From Chrysomallon squamiferum (Eukaryota; Animalia; Mollusca), in contig CM022670.1 of assembly GCA_012295275.1 (NCBI GenBank), positions 33,666,001 to 33,730,000 on the forward strand: a DNA stretch of 64,000 nt, written 5' to 3'. Every line of letters starts with the position of its first letter. The stretch's first letter is position 1. The translations under genes and the position numbers were made by a program. The notes beneath the pieces are model-generated. The model saw only the letters and a program-made list of their open reading frames with translations, searched no databases and had not been told where the DNA came from. Of this stretch, positions 55,013 through 64,000 are shown piece by piece.

Positions 55013-56350
55013 GTGTGTTTTTATATTTCTGTTTTGGCTGATTACGTCTTTGGTTTATTAATATTTCATGGAACGTCTCAGCATCTCAAACAAAAACGGT
55101 TTGAATGGGTGTCCTCATTAAGTTTAAAAATAAATTTGAAATCAGATATTTTATATTTCTGGATGTTTAGAGTCCATTTTATTTTAGTTTGAAATAGCAG
55201 GATCATTCTAAATTCTCGATGATCTCACTCGAAACGTTTATAATAAATTTACTAACATTCCATAAAATAAGTACTTAGATGGCTTTTTTGTTTTTAATTT
55301 ACTTTTAGAGTTTACTTTGAAATTTGCCTAGCTTATCTTAAAAACATATAATCTTCTGTAGGCGAAAGATTACCATTGTTAGCAATTTGTTTTGATAACA
55401 TGGTATATTCACTAACATGGCGATATAAGTCATTTTTATGCGAGCTGAATAAAATAAGCAAAGCATTAATTATAAAACTAAAACATATTTTTAAAATTAC
55501 TATTTCTAAAAACACGCTATTATATAAATCTCAAGAAACTGAGAAAGGGGTATTTTATGTTTGTTTCTTATTCCTTCGTAAATATGAACAACAGAAATGA
55601 AGAGAGATCAAGCTTTGCACTGAATGTGTACGGCTTTCGAGCAACCTGCTGAAAAGTTTTTCCACTGAATGGAACAGTAATTACATACATGCTGAGTTAT
55701 GTAAACTGGTCAATACTGAGTCACTCTGATATGACGAACTTTTCGCTGTGAGCATTCCTGATGTAACATCAGATATTGCTTCCTCTATTTTCCCTTCTTC
55801 TTTTCGTTCGTCTTTTTAATGCACTCTATTTTATATATTAGGTTACGCAACGTAATGTAAGATTGTAAATTCAGATACTGTCAAATTATTTATATAGAAA
55901 AAAAGTAATAAAAATAATAAAATAAAATAAAATAGCCGCCCCCGCGTTTTTCAGTTTTTACGATGGGCAGATGAATAAAAGCCTGATATTCGAGGCTATG
56001 TCTATAATAAGTATTTTTGTTATGAAATAGACTGTTTATTCAACTTTACCATTTGTTTATATTTTTTATTTTAAATGTCATGTCTTTATGACTATGGAAA
56101 TTATTTTTGGTGAAATCTGTTTTAAACACAGGTCGTCTTGCCTTTATTTTGATTGTTGGCAAAACGCAGTTATCTTCTCGAAATTATTTTATTTTTTTTT
56201 TTTTTTTTTTTAAAGAAAAAAAAGAAAACTGGAATTACAGAATTAATTTCAATCTTAGATGTATTTTAATTAAAAAACCAACAAAAAACCCAACAACATT
56301 AATGACTAACATCTTTAATAATAATACTAATAAAAACAGTCCTATGCTTT

Positions 56351-56627
56351 GTTTCCAGTTCTAGACAATGCTCCACGACTGCTGTATCAAAGACCGTGGT
56401 ATGTGATTCCATATTTGTATTAACGTGTTGATAAATAATCCTTTTCAGCTAATAAAAAAAAAAAAAAAAAAATTAAAAATTAAACAAATAAATAAATAAA
56501 ATATCGAATAAAATATCGAACGATACAAGCGGGTTTCCACTCTCAAAGAAAACTATTTGTTTTGACAGCCTAAGCCATTAATATCCAGAAGTTTGTATAT
56601 GTCGTTAAACACACAAATTCATTCATT
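56351..56627 (+). mobile_element. Decayed SINE-like element (body and 3' end)
   Basis: Contains 'caatgctccacgactg...tatcaaagaccgtggtatgtg', 'agcgggtttccactctc' and 'tgtcgttaaac', then an ATTC tail. These segments match the reverse complements of 32229-32254 and 20823-20926. Confidence 0.65.
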
Positions 56628-57109
56628 TTGTTCTTCATTGTTCCTGAAATTAAACCCTAAAGAAGCTTTCTTTATTTTTCAAAGTAAGACCCACTACAAA
56701 TATATAATAAATAACTTGTTTCACAATTCCGCTGCAGTATAAATCTATTTCTTACGAAACTGTTTGATATCTAAATTGAATTTGTGTATAAAGTGAAAGA
56801 GTTTAACGAATTGTCACGATCAATTCTAATCGAGTTTCTGGATATACAACATTCCTGTCTGCACTTTTATATAGTAGTTTAAGACATATGCGGCCCAGAC
56901 AAAATTTAACTGTCTGAAAATAAAATTTAAGGTAAAAGACTGCGGTTGTGTGTCGTGATCTTTGAATGAAACACGATAGATCACAGAATCTTTCCTCCTT
57001 AATCCTTTTATTGGTTTATTTCCCGATCTAATCAGTGCTCAGTGAATGGTTTATTAAAGGTGTCCTGTGGTCTTTTCTTCATTTCAGTAAAGGAATAAAA
57101 ACGATTACT

Positions 57110-57212
57110 GTCTACCTATCTGTCTATTTTCTATCTATCTATCTATCTAATCTATCTATCTATCTATCTATCTAATCTATCTATCTATCTATCTATCTGT
57201 CTGTCTGTCTAT
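57110..57212. repeat. (TCTA)n/(TCTG)n microsatellite
   Basis: Direct reading. Confidence 0.9.
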
Positions 57213-59412
57213 CAATCAGTCAGTCTGTGATTTTCTTTTTTGTTATTTTCTCTCCCTCTCTCAAAATTGTTTTACTAAAAAATCGTATATATGTCAGTTA
57301 ATGGCTGTTGACAGTAATATGTAAACAAATACACCTGCATTAATTCGTTTATTCGTCCTTATCAACTCAAAGTCCCGTCACACTTTCTTCTTACTATTAA
57401 AAAAAAAAAAAAGAAGCATTTTGAGTTTAAACTGATTTATCTCCCTTGTTTTATTTTGTTCACCAGGAAACTCGTTTAGTCGACACGCTGACAACTGTGA
57501 ACGTGAGGCAGCAGACAGTCGCATGCTAATATCTTTTAATAAAAAGCGATGAAACTGGTTAAAGCGAAACAGATGCGGAGTCTGTATTCTATCAGTTGCG
57601 TGGTAACAAGCTTATATATATAACAGTTAGTATAACAAATAAGCAGAAATCGTGTAGTCACTGAAGTAATGCAAAATGTATCAGATGGCCCACGAGTTCG
57701 CTGTGTCCATCAGCAATTCACAGACTCGTAAATATGTCAAACATCATTTATCATTGTTTATACGTCACAGATAAGGATGAAGGAGAAAATCAATTTAAAT
57801 TTATTGGCAGATATTTATATCCTGTATTCAGCCTGTTAGTAATTTTCACCGGTCTCAACAACAACAAGAAAAATAATAGCAGCAATAATAATATTGCACC
57901 AGGGCCACTATTAGTGGTAGTAGTGGCTGCTGTAGTATTAGTAGTGGTGAAGATCGTGGTAGTGGTGGTTGTTATTGTGGTGGACGCAGCAGCTACAATA
58001 GTAATAGCAACCAGCATCGGTATCAAGAATAGTAATAACAATAGCAGAAGTATTAGTAGTAGCAGTGGTTATCGTAATAGTAGTAGTAGTAATGGTAGTA
58101 GAACTGATAATAATTGTAATAGCAGAGTAGAAGTAGTAGCAATAGAGGATAAGCAGTGGCATTAATAATAACAATCATCATCAACTAACTGAAATAACAG
58201 TGATATAATTTTAAAATGCTAAATAATTATATGTACGTTAGTCTTTTCATGTACGTGAAACACGACCTGACTATAATTTTCTGTTTTCTATTTATACGTT
58301 AAAGCTCCCACAGAGAACATCAACAATACCTTGACCTTCATAAACGCGTTTCCTTATCTTCTACTTTTAAAAAAACAACAAAAACACAACCACTCACAGA
58401 CAACAGGATTACTGCCAGTTCATTCAGCAGTCATATTTCAGGAAGATTACAAAAGAAATCTGATATCTGCACTATGCTTTAAAGATGTTTTCAAACCTTT
58501 CAAGGTCTGGTCTCTTCTTCAGATGGATTATCTTTTTTGCATTTCTCTTTATAGATACATATGATTATATAAGAAAAAACATTTAATAATGTTTGTGCAG
58601 CTTAGACAGTTAAAAATTAGTAATGGAATGAATGCAGTAATGAGTGGATTTGTGTTGAGGAGAGAAAAGCATTTTAACATAAAAAAAAAAAGAAAAAGAA
58701 AACAGAAGACACATTTCATTTTTAATAAAAAGCGTTTGAGACGGTACTCTAAGGTCACAGTAATCAATGTTCTAAAATGTTAAATTAATTAAACAGGTAG
58801 TTGGTTTATTAGTTTTGTTCTCGTCGTTGTTAGAACATTTTTATAACCAGATTTCTCTGAAATCTTAATAGAAGACTTATCTACAAATAAATTCGGAGTT
58901 GTGGGCAGTAAATTTCTCGCTAATTGCTGTTCAGTGTACCTCGATCATTGATCAGTAATTCATCTTTAGTTCCACACAACATTCTGGCCGCCCATGCCTC
59001 GATTTATAATCACACCATCCCAAATTTCCGGCTAAACAAAATGGAATCACTGGGCACCATTCCTTGAATGAACTTGTACCAGATATATCAATAAGAGGCA
59101 AATAATACATTTCGTTTAATTTGTAGTCTTAGCCAGTTTATTAAGAAGTTAAAAAGCTGTCTAAATATAGGACCGGCCGATGTGTTTTGGCAAATCAGTT
59201 GCCGCTTTTCTGTCCGCCTTCTTCATCAAACGAACCAAGTTGAAACACGCTAAATAACGAAGCGAGCCACTCAAATTGCCGTCGCTATCGGATCATCTTA
59301 TTCCAAAACGATCAAAGTTTTGCGGCACTTTTTCTGCTTATGAACGAGGCCCAGGAGTAACAATGGCAGCAATAAGTTGGACATTTTGATCCATAAATCA
59401 CACCCACGATAA

Positions 59413-59445
<33 letters not shown>

Positions 59446-59882
59446 GCCCTCAACATCGTCTTTATTAGCAAATACAGTTGTATGTTGATTTTTTTGCAGA
59501 TTTGTTTGTACAAAAAAAAAAAAGAAAAAAAATCCTGATTATCTTTGTGGTTATATTGAGCTTCATTCAGAAAGATAAAGCTTTAATAATGGTCATTAAC
59601 GAATGTAGATTATGTTAGCTGAGAAAATAACGTAGCTGAATAAACTAATTTATGGTGAATTATACATGAAAACAAGACCATGCTGAAAGGAACGAATTCT
59701 TGATAAGAAAATATAATACAGTACCAAAGAAAAAAGACAAGATATTAATAAAGAGATTTTATTTACTTATTTATTTACTTATTTACTTATTTATATATTT
59801 ATACTTTTACTTATTTATATAGTTATATAATTTTTATACAAAGAAAGATTATTTATTTTTTGATATTCTTGTGCATACATGA

Positions 59883-59916
<34 letters not shown>

Positions 59917-60334
59917 AGAAATCAGCAGTCAGTAACGATATTTATACAATAATATGATGAAGATGATGATGATAATTGTAACATGAAGGAGAATTAAGAT
60001 AACAGTTTTATGCCTGAGGGAAAACACAGAAATAGTTACTTAATGAATGAATAAAAGCTAGAATGAAAGAACAAATATCCTTGCTCAGTTTTATTTTCTG
60101 AAACGATAAAAACAGAGAAATCCCCAAGGTAACTTAAATAGTCCATGATGAAAAGTATTGACGTTGTCTTTTGGATCAACCTTGCAAGCTTTTCGCAGTT
60201 TGTGTTAATTATCAATACATTTTTATTGAGTTTTATTTCAGTCGTTTGTGCCATGCATTGGAATATAGGTATTCCCAGCGTATTTTCTCATCCCGTTAAT
60301 TAAATCTGCTTATGTGCATAACTCTGCAGGTTTG

Positions 60335-60466
60335 CAAGAAAATTTCTACACTCCTTTCTGTTAGTGCTTGAAAAAATAATGATAAAAACAAGAAAATTTC
60401 TACACTCCTTTCTGTTAGTGCTTGAAAAAATAAAGATAAAAACAAGAAAATACACTCCTTTCTGTT
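60335..60466. repeat. 54-bp tandem repeat, 2 copies plus a partial third
   Basis: caagaaaatttctacactcctttctgttagtgcttgaaaaaataa.gataaaaa at 60335 and 60389, with a partial copy at 60443. Confidence 0.85.
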
Positions 60467-60515
60467 AAAAAAAAAAAAAAAAAAACGGGTGAAAAAAAGA
60501 CGGCAAAGAGAAAAC

Positions 60516-60547
<32 letters not shown>

Positions 60548-60579
60548 GGAATTACCGTACATTTCCGAAAGGACAAAAC

Positions 60580-60582
<3 letters not shown>

Positions 60583-60660
<78 letters not shown>
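60583..60660. repeat. (CT)n microsatellite
   Basis: Direct reading. Confidence 0.95.
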
Positions 60661-60666
<6 letters not shown>

Positions 60667-61069
60667 TACTTCGGATGCGTGTATTCGTCAGCGTGTGTTG
60701 TTCTCTTTCCCTTTTTATTTCCTTATATCTTTTCTGATTACAATTTCTTACAGATGCTTTGCGGGCATTTTCGCTCCTCGACATTTTTGTACTTTTAGGT
60801 CTGTAGCTTCTTAAAATAGCTGTTTTCTACTAGTTAGTGTATGTAAACAGGTCTTTGACATTTCATACATTGTAAATATTTACAATTACTTAATGTAGGA
60901 TTATCTTTAGAAAAAAAAGCCATGATTCGATTATGGAATAATTATGAGCGATAGTGTGTTCTTCTGAAATACGAGATACTGCGCGATCGATTCATCGCGA
61001 TGGAACGTTTATAACATTTCCAGTTGTAATGAATAACATTTACAGTAATATGTCTTAATACTGTCTGTT

Positions 61070-61074
<5 letters not shown>

Positions 61075-61150
<76 letters not shown>
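61075..61150. repeat. (CT)n microsatellite
   Basis: Direct reading. Confidence 0.95.
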
Positions 61151-61152
<2 letters not shown>

Positions 61153-61827
61153 TTCTAATTCTTTTCCTTATCATCTTGTGTATTATATATATGATTTAAT
61201 ATGATAATCGCGTTGTTAAATTTTAAACCTCATGGAACGTGATGTCCTGTCCCTTATTTTAATAACACCGCTTGGTGCATCTAGCTGTGAATTTACTCTT
61301 TATGGAACATAATTATGAAATGAAATTAAATATTTATATTTAAAAAACAGAAAAAAAAAAAAAGTTAACTTTAATAGTCATTTAATAACCAATAAACTTT
61401 TTGATCAAATCATTTTTCGTTATTTTCTTTCTCTGTTTTTTTTTTTTTTTTTTTTTTTTTCTTAATCACTCATTCTTTCTTTCTGTCTCTGAATATTTCT
61501 TTATTTATGTCATTTGTTTCTAAAATCTATCGAAAGACGAATTAAAAACAGTTTTAAATTTCAAGTGTTTGTCATCCAAGATTTTATATTTACGTTTTTA
61601 CCATTTTAAAGCAAGGGAGATTTCTCGAGATAGCAGTTAAATGTGTTTAATGTGTGTGAGCGCTCTGGACCTCTAACTCCTGCATTCCGCGCTGTTGGTG
61701 ACATTTACTTTCACGCTAATAAACAGTTCACAAATGCCACCCAAAAATGCATTGTTGTTTTTCCGTATTGAAATAATAGTAAATAATTCTTTAAACATTG
61801 TTTTTTCGTTTTTGTTTTTCTTTCTTT

Positions 61828-61861
<34 letters not shown>

Positions 61862-64000
61862 TTATTTATTTATTTATTTATTATTATTATTATTATTATT
61901 TTAATTTTAATTTTTAATCGTTTCCAATCATTTATTTCAAAGAAATTCCAAATATCAACAGAGGAATGCAATAAGAATGATTGATCTTTCACTGTTGATT
62001 TTTCACAGATATGACTGTAAATAGATAAATTAAAATGATTTTTTTTTTTTTTTTAAATATTCTGAGAGAATAAAATTAAAGACACTTAGTCTGTGATATT
62101 TTATTTTAACCTTTCTGCACTAAAATTCAACAATAACATATAAAATAACGTTTTATTTCGAGAAATTCATTCAGTCCCATGCGTAGGTTAATATGAGGAA
62201 AAATAAATGTATTATTATTATTAATATTGTTATCATTATTACTGTTATTGTTGAATTTTGGTTTTTTCAAAAAGAATTGAGAATATTAGCGAAACGTAAG
62301 CAAGAAAATGAATACATTTTTACCTCTTTAATGATTTTTTAATTTTTTTGTACATTTTAACGAGTATTTTGTGTGCATCTTTTAAACACACGAATGTGTA
62401 TAATCACAAAAACAACAGAATGTTTCTGTTGTAATGAGAAACAAAGGTATTTTATCGAAAAACATACTAAAGTTCTAATACCTTTCTGTAAGAATTATGA
62501 GAAATAAAGCCTAGCACTGTTAATGAATACAATTAAAGAACAACCACAATGATGTATATCATAAAACCTATTTTTACTACACCACAAACTTTTTTTTTTA
62601 ACATTTATAAGAACGTATATTCATGCTGAACAATGTGCCAAGCGTGTTAAAGTATAAAGTAATTTAGCGCGTACTGTAAGTTCGATTAAACCATGGGGTA
62701 TTTCAACATAGATATCGGTAAGTGATACTGTGCTAATTAATCTCTGTGTTATATCAAGTTTCAAAGAACGACTGAAACATACAACAATCAGAAACGCTAA
62801 TACTAAACACCATTTTGCCATTAAATAATAAATTCATGTAATTTCGGCATGAATATTTTACACAGCCGATAACTATTATTAATACAATTTTAGCCAAAAT
62901 TACTAAATCTCTATCATAATTTCGCACAGCGTTTTAAATTTAACCGATTCACATTACACCCCCACATACATACTTACTTACAAATTAACTCATCTATTTT
63001 TTTTTTTCCCTCCTTGGCCAATTTATTTCTGCAAGTTTCTAATAACAAGTTAATCATTTATTTCCATCGCAACCTTCGATTCTGATAATTATCTTTCAAT
63101 GTCCCTAACAGCTCTCCCCGCTCGCTCATTTCGCATCTGAAGTCATATTCACATAACTGTTCGCCATCTTCGCTTGTTGGTAGATTCTCGAAACATACAT
63201 ACATACACACACACACACATATATATAATAAAGATAAATATATAAAAATGATACAATTCGACATTTAATCTGTTGTCCCTCTGATTCATAGCCGCGTGGG
63301 AGTGAGTGAATTTCTTGAATTAAAAGCAAGAAATTTGATTACAATCGATGCTAGACCATCTACAGGAAAAATGGGTATAATCTTGAAACGTCAGAAATCA
63401 ATCGATCGGCGTTTACTTTCATGAATCGCCAAGTGGAAGTCAATTTTGTACACTATACACATGAACCGTGTACGGCCATGTGACCAGCAGTATACAAATA
63501 CGTACACGAAAAGTGAAAAGCAGGTCGTTCTGCCCAGACTCGTTATTTAATATAGCCACCCACGCAATACACAGCCCGTTTGTTTACTTTAATGCTACCC
63601 TTGAGTAATGAAAAAATGGGGGGGGGAGAGAAAAAAATGTCCTAGGAGGAAAAGTTAACGATTTTTTTCATCCATTCAAAGATGGCTTTTGTAAAACGTT
63701 TGAGAGCCATAAGAGAGGGAAATAATTTAATTGCCCGATTCAGAATCAGTCTTGTGAATGTTGGTTTGTCGCTTTGGAACACTTTTGCGCCCCATTATTT
63801 TCTCTTTCCTTCAAAAAGGACAGTCTAGCATTCCAATATTTCAAAAAGTTTGAAAATAAAAGAACTACGTTCATATACATATATACATACATATATACAT
63901 ATACAAGCACATATACAACGTATACATACATACATACATGCATACTTACATCCATACATACATATAGAAAACAATTTTTTAACTCAGTACAAATATGATA

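Noticed and set aside
60555-60580. 'tccgaaaggacaaaac' resembling hammerhead ribozyme stem II
   Set aside because: Lacks the CUGANGA core and the exact GAAA. CTGATGA/CTGAGGA sites at ~3587 and ~14761 likewise lack a properly placed GAAA and stems.

Overview
AT-rich, microsatellite-dense animal genomic DNA, probably molluscan (gastropod-like). That placement is inferred from a recurring SINE-like family and the repeat landscape, not proven. Only one protein-coding region is well supported: a + strand terminal exon at 47869-48666 encoding a secreted cystine-knot protein of the Trunk/PTTH/Noggin-like superfamily. It has a hydrophobic signal-like N-terminus, a Trunk/Noggin 'C-P...L...G..Y/F...M' motif, an acidic pro-region with many dibasic/furin sites, and a PWxC...YFPRY...CxC knot. 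The exon has a clean acceptor but no Met ahead of the signal-like segment. A GC-rich candidate upstream exon at about 41194-41773 offers two phase-0 ATG/donor combinations. The rest of the window looks non-coding. It holds at least four decayed copies of one SINE-like family (one with a perfect 16-bp target-site duplication), several local tandem duplications and minisatellites, many simple repeats, scattered CpG-richer islands, several AG|GT recursive-splice-like motifs and one long imperfect hairpin. Almost all other listed ORFs are microsatellite or chance ORFs.
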